A stretch of 64,000 nt of DNA, taken from contig JADZFF010000102.1 in NCBI GenBank assembly GCA_020850015.1, positions 128 through 64,127 of the forward strand, given 5' to 3'. Each line of letters begins with the position of its first letter. Within the stretch, counting starts at the first letter, position 1. Positions 27,421 through 36,903 of this stretch are shown here, piece by piece. A program made the translations under genes and the position numbers. Source of the stretch: Bdellovibrionales bacterium (lineage in GTDB: Bacteria > Bdellovibrionota > UBA1018 > JADZFF01). The notes under the pieces were generated by a model. It ran no database searches, was not told the origin of the DNA, and saw only the letters and a program-made list of their open reading frames with translations.

Positions 27421-28814
27421 ATCCCGAGTTCCTTCATCTTGAGTTGAAGCCCCTTCCTTGAGAGCCCGAGCCTCTCCGCGGCACGAGTGACATTGCCCTC
27501 GGTTTCCTCGAGCGCGCGCTCGAGGAAACCGCGCTCGAGGTCCTGCATCCTCCGGCGCACGATGTCCTTGAAGTTGGAAAGGTCCTGGATCTCCTCGGGC
27601 GTGGGGTTTCCCGATGGGCCCGAGCCCGCGTCCTTCACCGGGTCCGGGAGAGCGTCGTAGGTGAGCATGTCGGCATCCGCCAAGAGCACCATGCGTTCGA
27701 TCAGGTTCTCGAGCTGCCGGATGTTTCCCGGCCAGGCGTAGGAGCGGAGGGCGGCGAAACACCGCGGCTCGATCCGAGAGACCGTTTTTCCCAGACGGGT
27801 GTTGAAGCGCTCGATGAAGTATCCGATCAAGGTCACCAGGTCGTCGCGCCGCTCCCTGAGCGGGGGCAGCCGAAGCGGAACTACGTTCAATCGGTAGAAG
27901 AGGTCCTCCCGGAAGCGGCCCTCCGCCACCTCTTTCTCCAGATCCTTGTTGGTGGCCGCGATGATCCGAACATCCACACGAACGGAGGTTACGCCCCCTA
28001 CGCGCTCGATCTCCTTTTCCTGGAGCGCGCGAAGGAGCTTCACCTGCATCTCCTGCGGCATGTCGGCCACCTCGTCGAGAAAAAGGGTGCCTTCATGCGC
28101 AAGCTCGAAGCGGCCCGGCTTGGAGCCTACCGCGCCTGTGAACGCTCCGCGCTCGTATCCGAATAGCTCGCTCTCGATCAGGGTAGAGGGGATCGCGGCG
28201 CAGTTCACTTTGATGAAGGGCTTCTTCACGCGGTCGGACCGCGTGTGCACCGCGAGCGCCACGAGCTCTTTCCCCGTGCCGCTCTCGCCGGTGATCAGCA
28301 CGGTGGTCGGCGATGGCGCGATCTTGCCGATCACCTTGTAGATCTCCTGCATCTGGGGGCTCGCGCCCACGAGGGGGTTCACGAGCGTGCCGGTTTCGTC
28401 CGATTCCAGGGATGGCGCCGGGAGCGCGATCGGCTCGTTCCGGCTGCGGCGATGGGTTTCCGTCGCCTTCCGCGCCACGCTCAGGAGCTCCTGTTGATCG
28501 AAGGGTTTAGTGATGAAGTCGAAGGCGCCGCGCTTGAGGGCGGAAACCGCGCTTTCAACGGTTCCGTGAGCCGTGATCATTACCACCGGGAGCTGGGGGA
28601 AGTGCCGCGCGCAATGATCCAGAATTTCCATGCCGTTCACCTCCGGCATCATGAGATCCGTAATCACCAGGTCCGGGGATTCGGCCTCGATCATCCCGTA
28701 GGCCGCCCTGGAATCGTTGATAGTAACGACATCGAATCCCGCTTTCTGAAGCATGGCCGTGACGACGAACGCCACGTTCTTTTCGTCGTCGATCACCAAT
28801 ACCTTCGAGCTCAT
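27402..28814 (-). CDS. NtrC-family sigma-54-dependent response regulator (REC-AAA+-Fis HTH)
   Basis: Receiver (VLVIDDE...DLVITDLMMP), Walker A GESGTGKE, an intact GAFTGA loop (ERGAFTGAVG) and a C-terminal HTH (GNVTRAAERLGLSRKGL). Confidence 0.9.
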   Translation of the reverse strand: MSSKVLVIDDEKNVAFVVTAMLQKAGFDVVTINDSRAAYGMIEAESPDLVITDLMMPEVNGMEILDHCARHFPQLPVVMITAHGTVESAVSALKRGAFDFITKPFDQQELLSVARKATETHRRSRNEPIALPAPSLESDETGTLVNPLVGASPQMQEIYKVIGKIAPSPTTVLITGESGTGKELVALAVHTRSDRVKKPFIKVNCAAIPSTLIESELFGYERGAFTGAVGSKPGRFELAHEGTLFLDEVADMPQEMQVKLLRALQEKEIERVGGVTSVRVDVRIIAATNKDLEKEVAEGRFREDLFYRLNVVPLRLPPLRERRDDLVTLIGYFIERFNTRLGKTVSRIEPRCFAALRSYAWPGNIRQLENLIERMVLLADADMLTYDALPDPVKDAGSGPSGNPTPEEIQDLSNFKDIVRRRMQDLERGFLERALEETEGNVTRAAERLGLSRKGLQLKMKELGIQKAIP

Positions 28815-30940
28815 TCGCCTTGCTCCTGTTGGGCCGCCAGAGGCAGGACCACGGTGAATCGTGTGTACCTGCCCTCCTCGCTTGCGGCTTCGATTCGTCC
28901 GCCGTGATTCTCGGCGATCTTCTGGCAGATGGAAAGGCCGAGCCCGGTCCCTCCCGTGGAGGTGGTGAAGAAAGGGATAAAGATCCTGGCCATGTGGGCG
29001 GGCGGGATTCCCCTCCCGTTGTCCTCCACCTCAATCACGGCAGAAGGGGCGGCGTCTACCGTCGCCACGCTCACCCTCACCACGACTCGCGGAGAGGGGC
29101 GCCCGCTGACCGCTCGCTCCGCGTTCTGCACGAGATTCACGAGCAACTGCTGGATCTGGACGGGCGCCCCCCGAAGTCGGACTGAACGCGCGCGAAGCTC
29201 GAGCCCGATGACGGAAGGGTCAGCGAGGCCGGGCCGGAGCGCTTCGACGGCGCGCTCCACCAGGCGGGAGAGCTCGAATTCCTCCACTTCCTGCGGGGCC
29301 GGCTTGGAGTACTCCAAGAACTGTCCCACCACGCGGTTGAGGCGGTCGACCTCTTCCACGATCACGCGGAGGAAACGGCCGTCGGGACGGTCTCCGTCGG
29401 GTTCCAGGAACTGGGCCGCGCCCTTGATCGCCCCAAGCGGGTTGCGGATCTCGTGAGCGAGGCCGGCCGCCATTTCGCCCAGGGCCGCCAGGCGTTCCTT
29501 CTCGCGCTGCCGCGCGAAGATCTCCATGTTTCGGAGCGTTTGCGCCGCCTGGTCGAAAAAGGGGTAAACCACCTGAAGCGCTCCCCAGTTGTTGCCCCAG
29601 GGGGCGGGCGGGGCGGCGGCCGCGATGGCCACGAAACCCAAGGGCCGGGAGCCGTCGAAAAGAGGGATCAAGAGATTGGCCTCAAGCGCGCGGAGCGCCT
29701 GGGCAAGCGCCGCGAGGCGTTCACGTTGGGTGCGGCTCGCCGATCGTTCGATCTCATTCTCCACGACCTGGTCGAGCAGGACGGGAAGCTCGCCCCGCCG
29801 GTGCAGCTCCACGCAGTGTTCGAGCAGCGGGTGATCGGCCAGGAGGTCCTGCAAGGGGGCGGTGGTCGGTGGGCGCTCATCCGGGGCCGGGGGATGGAAC
29901 TGGAGTGAGCGCGCGCGCTCGAACCGGGTGGCGTCCGCGGAGAGCAGGTAGAGAGAGGCGCGGTCGGGCCCGAGGAGCTGGTCCACCGTTCGCAGGAGCG
30001 TATCGGCGAAGGAGCGCAGGTCGGTGAGGCCGGCAAGCCGGATCTGCGCGTCCCGAATGAGCCCCACCAGCAGGCGTTGTCGGTGTGGGACTAGCTTTTG
30101 GGTCATGGTTCGCACCAGCGAGCGCAGAGGATCCAGGAGCACCACGAGGAGGAAGCTGATGATGAAGGAGTTGAGGAGAAAGAGGGCGGGCCGGTTCTTG
30201 ATCCAGGCGAACAGCAGGGAATAGACCCCCGTCAGGAGGAGGGAAATGGCGAGCAGGACAAGAAAACGGGAAATCAGGGCCTCGATATTCAGGAGCCGCT
30301 GCTGCGTGAGCGCCTGGCTCACGAAAAAGAGGTAGACGGTGAGGGCCAGGTTGCCGAGCGCGGGAAGGGTCCTTCCCGCCGCGGGAACGTGATCCATGAG
30401 CGAGGTGCAAAGAACGAATAGGGCGCCGAGATAGATGATCGCCCGGCGTCCCGGATCAAGTCCGACTGCCGGGCGTTTTTCTGGGCGCGGGCGGGCCGGC
30501 CTGGGGAGGCGCGCTCTGCGGTCGAGCCACATCAGCCGGAACATCTGAGCCACCAGGAAGGCTGGGGCGAGCAGGACCGCCGATCGCACCCAAGGTTCGC
30601 GGTCCAGCTGGAGCACCAGGGCAACCATCAGCGCCGTGGCCGCGCCTACGGCAAGATCCATCAGGCGCCGGCTCAGGCCGTCCCGAACACGCACGATACC
30701 TCGAACGAGCGCGATGCCTGCAGGAGCAAGCCACACGTGGGCCACCAGGTGCAGGCGGTAGAACATCTCCCGGTCCGTGAGCTCATGAAGAAAAAAGGAG
30801 AGCGCCCACGTGAAGATCAGCGCACAAAGCACCCCAAAGGCCAGATAGACCTTATTCCTAAGGTTTCTCGCTGCCACCGAGGCTCCGAGCGCAAGGCTGG
30901 TCACGGCTACCAGGAACGCACTTTGTCCAAGAGTATCCAT
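28811..30940 (-). CDS. Multi-TM sensor histidine kinase
   Basis: An N-terminal block of ~7-9 hydrophobic helices, a GAF-like middle, the HisKA H-box EMAAGLAHEIRNPL and an HATPase (EVEDNGRGIP...GGTGLGLS). It overlaps the regulator gene by 4 nt. The ATG is at 30940. Confidence 0.85.
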   Translation of the reverse strand: MDTLGQSAFLVAVTSLALGASVAARNLRNKVYLAFGVLCALIFTWALSFFLHELTDREMFYRLHLVAHVWLAPAGIALVRGIVRVRDGLSRRLMDLAVGAATALMVALVLQLDREPWVRSAVLLAPAFLVAQMFRLMWLDRRARLPRPARPRPEKRPAVGLDPGRRAIIYLGALFVLCTSLMDHVPAAGRTLPALGNLALTVYLFFVSQALTQQRLLNIEALISRFLVLLAISLLLTGVYSLLFAWIKNRPALFLLNSFIISFLLVVLLDPLRSLVRTMTQKLVPHRQRLLVGLIRDAQIRLAGLTDLRSFADTLLRTVDQLLGPDRASLYLLSADATRFERARSLQFHPPAPDERPPTTAPLQDLLADHPLLEHCVELHRRGELPVLLDQVVENEIERSASRTQRERLAALAQALRALEANLLIPLFDGSRPLGFVAIAAAAPPAPWGNNWGALQVVYPFFDQAAQTLRNMEIFARQREKERLAALGEMAAGLAHEIRNPLGAIKGAAQFLEPDGDRPDGRFLRVIVEEVDRLNRVVGQFLEYSKPAPQEVEEFELSRLVERAVEALRPGLADPSVIGLELRARSVRLRGAPVQIQQLLVNLVQNAERAVSGRPSPRVVVRVSVATVDAAPSAVIEVEDNGRGIPPAHMARIFIPFFTTSTGGTGLGLSICQKIAENHGGRIEAASEEGRYTRFTVVLPLAAQQEQGE

Positions 30941-30971
30941 AGTTAGGGGCTCGCCTTTCCATAGCACATGG

Positions 30972-31049
30972 AAGGGGTCGGTGCCTTTTCTGCGTAACGG
31001 CGCGTCATCGCAATGACGCGCCGTTACGCAGAAAAGGCTCCGACCCCTT
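30972..31049. repeat. 78-bp near-perfect palindrome (37-bp arms, 1 mismatch, 4-nt centre)
   Basis: AAGGGGTCGGTGCCTTTTCTGCGTAACGGCGCGTCAT-cgca-ATGACGCGCCGTTACGCAGAAAAGGCTCCGACCCCTT, in the divergent intergenic region between the kinase gene and the 31093 gene. Confidence 0.9.
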
Positions 31050-31092
31050 AAAGCCTGACAGGGGGTCAAGAATCCGACCGATAGGCAACCGT

Positions 31093-31608
31093 ATGAGTCC
31101 CTCTTCTGAGAAGACGCGTTTTCGTCTGAACCCTGTGGAATTGATGATCTTTGGAGCGATGGCGGTTGTCTTGGCGAACTCCGTCTACCATCTCTTTTAC
31201 GACTGGGGTGGCGTGCGGCCCGTAGCCGTGGGGCAGCTTCCGGAGAGGGACCCCAACGATCCGGCCGGCGACCGCCGGGTAGCCTCGCTTCCCTCCGCGC
31301 CTTCGGTGGTCAGCTTGAACGTGAGCTGCGGCTCGCAGGCACAAATCCCCACTTCGGCCGAAAGGGTTCGGTTGAGCGGAGGTCTTTGCGGTCTTCCCAC
31401 GGGATCGGGTTCGGAAGGGCTGATCAAGACGGAGATCGTGAATCAGACCAACCGCACGGCGGCGACGGTTTTCACCGACGTGACGGCTGGAAAATTCTCC
31501 ACTGACTTCATCCCGCTCAACCCCGGCCTGAACCGGCTCGAACTGAAGTTCGTGCATCAGGGCGGGAAGACCGTCGTGGAGCGCGTTCAAATCATGCGTA
31601 CAGAATGA
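31093..31608 (+). CDS. Membrane-anchored hypothetical protein with C-terminal beta-sandwich-like domain
   Basis: N-terminal TM helix (LMIFGAMAVVLANSVYHLF), a Pro-rich linker, and a beta-rich C-terminus (VRLSGGLCG...TEIVNQTN...LNRLELKFVHQGG). No family recognised. Confidence 0.55.
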   Translation: MSPSSEKTRFRLNPVELMIFGAMAVVLANSVYHLFYDWGGVRPVAVGQLPERDPNDPAGDRRVASLPSAPSVVSLNVSCGSQAQIPTSAERVRLSGGLCGLPTGSGSEGLIKTEIVNQTNRTAATVFTDVTAGKFSTDFIPLNPGLNRLELKFVHQGGKTVVERVQIMRTE

Positions 31609-31638
31609 GGCGTCAGCCCCCCAAGAGGCGATTGACCT

Positions 31639-32961
31639 TTAGGGGTACAGCCCGCGCAAGAGCATCGCCTTGGACAGGTTCTCGATGGCCGAGATCAGCG
31701 CCGCGGACTTCATCCCGCAGTTGTAGCGCTCCTTCACTCCGATCACCTTTTTGAAGGCGCGAGCCATCACGTGCGCAAGCCGGGCGTTCACCTCGGCCTC
31801 GGTCCAGAAGAAGCTCTGAATGCCCTGCACCCACTCGAAGTAGGACACGATCACGCCGCCGGCGTTGCAGAGGATGTCGGGGATGATGAACACGCCGCGC
31901 GCCTCGAGCTTCTGCTGGGCGACCGAGCTCGTGGGGCCGTTGGCGCCCTCGGCGATCATGCGGGCCTTCACGCGGTCGACGTTTTTTTCGGTGATCACGT
32001 CGTCCACTGCGGCGGGGATGAGGATGTCGACGTCGAGCTCCAGGAGCTGCTCGTTCGAGATCCACTCAGCGCCGGGGAAACCCTTCACCACGCGGTTGTT
32101 GTAGATCCAGTCTTTGATCTTCGGGATATCGAGGCCCTTGGGGTTGTAGATGCCGCCCGAAACATCGGACACGGCCACAACTTTCACCCCGCGCATGTGG
32201 AGCTCCTCGGCGGCCACGGCGCCGACCTTACCGAAGCCGTGAATGGCGACGGTGGTGCTGCCATCCATCTTCGGATGCGGTTTGCCCTTGGACTCCAAGT
32301 ACTTTACCGAGTGTTCGATCGTGTACACCACGCCACGGCCCGTGCTCTCCGCGCGGCCCAAGCTCCCGCCGATCTCCACGGGTTTGCCGGTCACCACGCC
32401 GTGAACGGCGTGGCCCTTGCCCTGGGAGTAGGTGTCCATGATCCAGGCCATGGTCTGGCCGTCGGTGCCGATGTCCGGAGCCGGCACGTCGGACTCGGGG
32501 CCGAACACCGTCATGAGTTCCATGGTGTAGCGGCGGGTGAGCGCCTGCGTCTCGGCGCGCGAAAGCTGCGTGTGGTCCACTCGGATGCCGCCCTTCGCTC
32601 CGCCCAGCGGGAGCTCCATGAGCGAGCACTTGAAGGTCATGAGCATCGCAAGGCCCGCGGTCTCGGACAGGTTCACGTGGTGGTGATAGCGGATGCCGCC
32701 CTTGCCCGGCCCGAGCGTGATGTTGTGGAGCACGCGGTAGCCTTCGAACACACGCACGCTGCCGTCGTCCATGCGCACGGGCACGCTCACGATCACCGCG
32801 CGGCGCGGAACCTTGAGCCTCGTCATCACGTTGCGATCGAGATCCATGACGGTCGCCGCGTTCTCGAGGTCCATCACCGCGTTGCGGTAGAGCTCGCTGC
32901 CCTCCCAGAGGTGCGAGCTGAGGCTGGACGTGGAGCTTTGCTGAATGGATGGCGTCGACAT
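31639..32961 (-). CDS. gdhA: Glutamate dehydrogenase (Glu/Leu/Phe/Val dehydrogenase family)
   Basis: Catalytic region LGPGKGGIRYH...KCSLMELPLGGAKGGI and a Rossmann GFGKVG motif. The ATG at 32961 gives 440 aa. Confidence 0.9.
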   Translation of the reverse strand: MSTPSIQQSSTSSLSSHLWEGSELYRNAVMDLENAATVMDLDRNVMTRLKVPRRAVIVSVPVRMDDGSVRVFEGYRVLHNITLGPGKGGIRYHHHVNLSETAGLAMLMTFKCSLMELPLGGAKGGIRVDHTQLSRAETQALTRRYTMELMTVFGPESDVPAPDIGTDGQTMAWIMDTYSQGKGHAVHGVVTGKPVEIGGSLGRAESTGRGVVYTIEHSVKYLESKGKPHPKMDGSTTVAIHGFGKVGAVAAEELHMRGVKVVAVSDVSGGIYNPKGLDIPKIKDWIYNNRVVKGFPGAEWISNEQLLELDVDILIPAAVDDVITEKNVDRVKARMIAEGANGPTSSVAQQKLEARGVFIIPDILCNAGGVIVSYFEWVQGIQSFFWTEAEVNARLAHVMARAFKKVIGVKERYNCGMKSAALISAIENLSKAMLLRGLYP

Positions 32962-33075
32962 GGCGGAATTCCCCTGAAAGCGCAGTGATCGCGCGGTGTT
33001 TGGGCCGAAACTACTGGGGATGAGGTGGTGAATCAAGGAGGTTTTGGCTACACTGTGGCCTTACCTGGGGGGACG

Positions 33076-34221
33076 ATGACGAAGCCTACGAAGCGGTTGC
33101 GGGTGGCGGTGCTCTACGGGGGGCGTTCCGGTGAGCACGAGATCTCCCTGATCTCGGCGGCCTCGGTAATTCGGAACCTGGATCCGACCCGCTACGAAGT
33201 CATTCCGGTGGGAATCGACAAGGAGGGGGTCTGGCACCTGAACGACTTGAAGCTGATCGAGTCGCACCTGCAGAAGGCCCTACCCGTCTTTATGGATACC
33301 CCCCGCGTGATGCTGCCCCCAACGACGGATTCCGGGGGAGCTGGTGCGCTGGTCGCCTTGGGGGGGGTGGGGAGTGCCACGCCGCAGCGGCCCATCGACG
33401 TGGTCTTTCCCGTGATGCACGGGCCCCTGTGCGAGGACGGCACGATCCAAGGATTACTGGAGCTTGCCGGTGTGCCATTCGTGGGCGCAGGCGTCCTGGG
33501 ATCCGCCGTGGGGATGGACAAAGGGGTGTCCAAGCGCCTGGTATCGGCTGCCGGGATCGACACGGCTGAATTCCGCACCTTCCGCTGGGACGACTGGAAG
33601 CACGGCCGCGCCCGGGTGCTCGACGAGATCAAGCGCAGCTTACCCTATCCGATGTTCGTGAAGCCCGTGAACCTGGGTTCCAGCGTGGGCATCCACAAGG
33701 TGAAGTCGGCCGGGGAGCTCGAGCCCGCGCTCGAGGATGCGTTCCGGTACGACTCGAAGGTTCTGGTGGAGCGTGGCATCGCCGCGCGCGAGATCGAGCT
33801 CTCGGCGCTCGAGAACGTGGACGGCGGCGAGCCGCTCATCAGCGTCGCGGGCGAGATCATTCCCACGCACGAGTTCTACTCCTACGAGGCAAAATACCTG
33901 GATGAGGGGGGCGCGGCTCTGGAGATCCCCGCCAAGATCTCGGAGGCCCAGCAGAAGGAGGCGAGGGCGATCGCGGCCAAGGTGTTCCGGGCACTCGAGC
34001 TCGAGGGCATGGCCCGCGTGGATCTCTTCCTGGACAAGAACACCGGAAAATTCCTTTTCAACGAGGTGAACACCATTCCGGGTTTCACCTCCATCAGCAT
34101 GTACCCGAAGCTTTGGGAGGCGTCTGGAATCGGCTCTTCGGACCTCCTGAACCGGCTCATCGAGCTCGCGATCGCCCGCCACGGCCGGAGCAACGCCCTC
34201 AAGCGCGACTGGAAGTCCTAG
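33076..34221 (+). CDS. ddl: D-alanine--D-alanine ligase
   Basis: VAVLYGGRSGEHEISLISA, HGPLCEDGTIQGLLE, an ATP-grasp region and EVNTIPGFTSISMYPKLW. Confidence 0.95.
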   Translation: MTKPTKRLRVAVLYGGRSGEHEISLISAASVIRNLDPTRYEVIPVGIDKEGVWHLNDLKLIESHLQKALPVFMDTPRVMLPPTTDSGGAGALVALGGVGSATPQRPIDVVFPVMHGPLCEDGTIQGLLELAGVPFVGAGVLGSAVGMDKGVSKRLVSAAGIDTAEFRTFRWDDWKHGRARVLDEIKRSLPYPMFVKPVNLGSSVGIHKVKSAGELEPALEDAFRYDSKVLVERGIAAREIELSALENVDGGEPLISVAGEIIPTHEFYSYEAKYLDEGGAALEIPAKISEAQQKEARAIAAKVFRALELEGMARVDLFLDKNTGKFLFNEVNTIPGFTSISMYPKLWEASGIGSSDLLNRLIELAIARHGRSNALKRDWKS

Positions 34222-35123
34222 GCGCGGCGGGCGCTGAGAAGGGCGCCCGACCGAAGCAGGAGCCCGTCGTCGAGGCGTGCTTCCACCCACTCGAACAGCG
34301 GTCCGGGCTGCCAGCCCGCGGCCAGTGCTCGGTCCACGAGTTCCGCGAGAGCAAATCCTCCTCGCTCCTGCGTGAGCGCCGCCGCCTGCGCGAGCAGGCG
34401 AGCTTCCGGCGTATCGGCCGCGGCCCCGTAGACCAGTTCGCTGCCTCTTTTGAATTCGAACCAGGCAAAATCCAGGTTGTGCGGGCCCCAGAAGGGCTGG
34501 GCGCAGCGCTCATCGAGGAGCTTCTGGTTTCCGGCAAGACGGGGATCGCCCGGCACGCAGGGGGAGGCGAAGACTGGAACATGATGGTCGAAGGCCCATC
34601 GCGCGGTATTGAGCGTGCCCGAGGACTCCGCCGCCTCGACCACGAGGACGGCGCGGACGCATGCGCCGAGAAATCGGTTTCGCTGGCGGAAATGCCAGGC
34701 CTGAGTGCGTTCGCCATCCTTCCTTTCACTGATCACCAACCCTCCCGCCGCGAGGATGCGCGCGCGCAGCGCCTCCCGTTGAGCTCCCAGGGAGTCGTTC
34801 AGAGGCGTGCCGAGGATCGCGATCGTCGGGAGGCCGCTGGCGATCGCCGCCTCATGGGCGGCGGAGTCCGCTCCGCGCGCCAGCCCTGATACGATGATGA
34901 GGTTCTTTCGGCGCGAGATCTCGGTGATCCAGGATCGAACGAGCTGGATCGTGCGGGGGAGCGGATCACGGGAGCCCACGACGGAAAGTCCCCGTTCGGG
35001 GAGCCGGCCCAGGAGCGCGAGCGCCGAAGCCGATCCTTCCACGTAGAGGGCTCGCGGCGGCATGTCGACCGACCAGAAAGGAAGTTCAGGATGGGACTCC
35101 GGACTGAGCTCGTAGCGAAGCAC
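34218..35123 (-). CDS. dprA: DNA processing protein DprA (Smf)
   Basis: VVGSRDP...IVSGLARGADSAAHEAA......TIAILGTPL, the DprA Rossmann-like signature. Confidence 0.85.
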   Translation of the reverse strand: MLRYELSPESHPELPFWSVDMPPRALYVEGSASALALLGRLPERGLSVVGSRDPLPRTIQLVRSWITEISRRKNLIIVSGLARGADSAAHEAAIASGLPTIAILGTPLNDSLGAQREALRARILAAGGLVISERKDGERTQAWHFRQRNRFLGACVRAVLVVEAAESSGTLNTARWAFDHHVPVFASPCVPGDPRLAGNQKLLDERCAQPFWGPHNLDFAWFEFKRGSELVYGAAADTPEARLLAQAAALTQERGGFALAELVDRALAAGWQPGPLFEWVEARLDDGLLLRSGALLSARRA

Positions 35124-35160
35124 GGCAGGGCACGAAGCACGGCCCGTGCCGAGGGATCGT

Positions 35161-36903
35161 TCAGTTCCCGAAGGGATCGTTGACCGACTCGCCCTCTTCG
35201 ATGGGCTCCACCCCCGGCTCGCCCGCTTCGGGAGAGGGGGGCGGCGGAGGGAGCTCCTCGGTCGGCGTTTCGCCGGACGGAACCTGGTCAGTCACCTGGG
35301 GGGTTTCGCCCTCGGAGGGGGTGATCTCGCCTTCGGAGGGAAGCTCCGACTCTGGGACCGCCGGCGCCGCCTCTCCGCCCTCGGGCGGGGGCGCTCCGAA
35401 GAGCTCTTCGTCCGAACCGCCACCCGTGGGCGGAGGCGGAACCTCGCCCTCGGGCGCTCCACCGTCGAGCTCATCGTCGGTGGGGGCGGCCCCGCCCTCG
35501 GGGGGGTTGGACTGCCACTGTTCCAGCTGTTTCAGCTCGCGTTCCTCGTCGGGCCCCAGCCCGGAGGCGGGATCGAGGCGGTCGAGGTTGTCGAGCTCGT
35601 CGTCCAGCGCCCTCTGCTCGGGATCGCGCTCCTGGATGCCGCCGCTTCGGAGGAGGTCCGTGACGTCGGTGAGCAGGACCACCGTGTCATTCTCGTAGAC
35701 CTGCACGAGCGAGCGGATCGAGAGCGCGATCGAGATCGATTCGGTGGTCTGCAAGACCATGAAATCCGCGTTGATGATGAAGTCTGCGTTCGTGATCGTG
35801 GAGTCGTTCGTCGGATCGCGGTGCTGGTAGGCCCGGAACACCATGCCGGGCTGCACGCCGTCGGCCGACCCGCGGTCGATGTATACCAGCTTGTGCTGGG
35901 CAGTCGTGTAGGTGGAGATGTTGCGGTCGAGGATCAGAACTCCTTCGAGCGCGCGCGGCCCGGGGATGGGCGTGACGTTTACCACCCGGGGAACAAGCGG
36001 GATCACATAGGCGCCACGCTCGATGAAGGCTTTGCCGCTCACGATCTCGGCGACGAAGAGGCCGTCGCGGACCGCGATCACCTTGATCGTGCCCAGGTTG
36101 AGGTAGGAGTAACCCGCGCGGTCTGATTTGCGGGACTTCAGGAAGTAGGGGTCCTTGGTGATGGTGTAGCGTTCACCCACCTGCATGCCATCGCGGGGTT
36201 CGACGAACACCGTGTCGCCCATCGAGAGGTATCGCCCGTCCGAGCGGGAGCCGCGGATCTCGCCCAGCGCGGAGAGCTTCTGCGAGGAGGGAAAGGCCTC
36301 GGTTTCGAACCCCGTGGAGGTGTGTCGCACCACCTTGCTCCGGCGGTCGAAACCCAACGGATCGACCTCTGAGGGCAGCGCCAGGTGGACCGTTTCCCAG
36401 TCCTGGACCGGGAGGTCCTTCCACTCCTTGGAGCGCCCCTGAGGGACGGCGGGCGTGGCGGAGTTGTCGGCGACCTGCACGGCCTCGCCGGAGGAAAGTG
36501 CGTCCGATACCGTGCCGCCCAGACCGAAGGCGGGCAGGGAGCTGCCCGTGCCGGGCATGAAGGCGACGGCTTGCCCCGGCAGGATCACGTGCGGGTTCGC
36601 GATCTTCCCGTTATTCAGCGCCCAGACCTTTGGCCAGTACTTCGCGTCGCCGAAGAGGCGGGCTGAGATGTCGTAGAGGGTATCGCCCTTCACGACCTGG
36701 TACTCCTCGCTGACCTTTCCGCCCGCGATGAGCTTCCAGTCGTCGTCGGAGATGGGCTTGAGGAGCTTGGACACCTGAAATGTCTGCTCCTCGGGGCTGG
36801 GCGCGGCGAGCGTGGAGGGGCCGGACGCGGCCGCGAGCGCGGCGAGCGCGGCGGCCAGGCGCCTGCGCGCCCGTTCAGGTTTCTGGGTGGGCTGGCGGGG
36901 CAT
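35161..36903 (-). CDS. LysM-domain periplasmic protein with very acidic Pro/Glu-rich C-terminal tail
   Basis: Signal peptide and a LysM domain (YQVVKGDTLYDISARLFGDAKYWPKVWALN...ILPGQAV). The C-terminal ~150 aa are E/D/P/G-rich. Confidence 0.8.
   Translation of the reverse strand: MPRQPTQKPERARRRLAAALAALAAASGPSTLAAPSPEEQTFQVSKLLKPISDDDWKLIAGGKVSEEYQVVKGDTLYDISARLFGDAKYWPKVWALNNGKIANPHVILPGQAVAFMPGTGSSLPAFGLGGTVSDALSSGEAVQVADNSATPAVPQGRSKEWKDLPVQDWETVHLALPSEVDPLGFDRRSKVVRHTSTGFETEAFPSSQKLSALGEIRGSRSDGRYLSMGDTVFVEPRDGMQVGERYTITKDPYFLKSRKSDRAGYSYLNLGTIKVIAVRDGLFVAEIVSGKAFIERGAYVIPLVPRVVNVTPIPGPRALEGVLILDRNISTYTTAQHKLVYIDRGSADGVQPGMVFRAYQHRDPTNDSTITNADFIINADFMVLQTTESISIALSIRSLVQVYENDTVVLLTDVTDLLRSGGIQERDPEQRALDDELDNLDRLDPASGLGPDEERELKQLEQWQSNPPEGGAAPTDDELDGGAPEGEVPPPPTGGGSDEELFGAPPPEGGEAAPAVPESELPSEGEITPSEGETPQVTDQVPSGETPTEELPPPPPSPEAGEPGVEPIEEGESVNDPFGN

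Noticed and set aside
30941-31069. N-terminal extension of the histidine-kinase ORF (track start at 31069).
   Set aside because: The extension reads through the 78-bp palindrome and adds a non-hydrophobic, Cys/Arg-rich peptide. The ATG at 30940 starts directly at the first TM helix.
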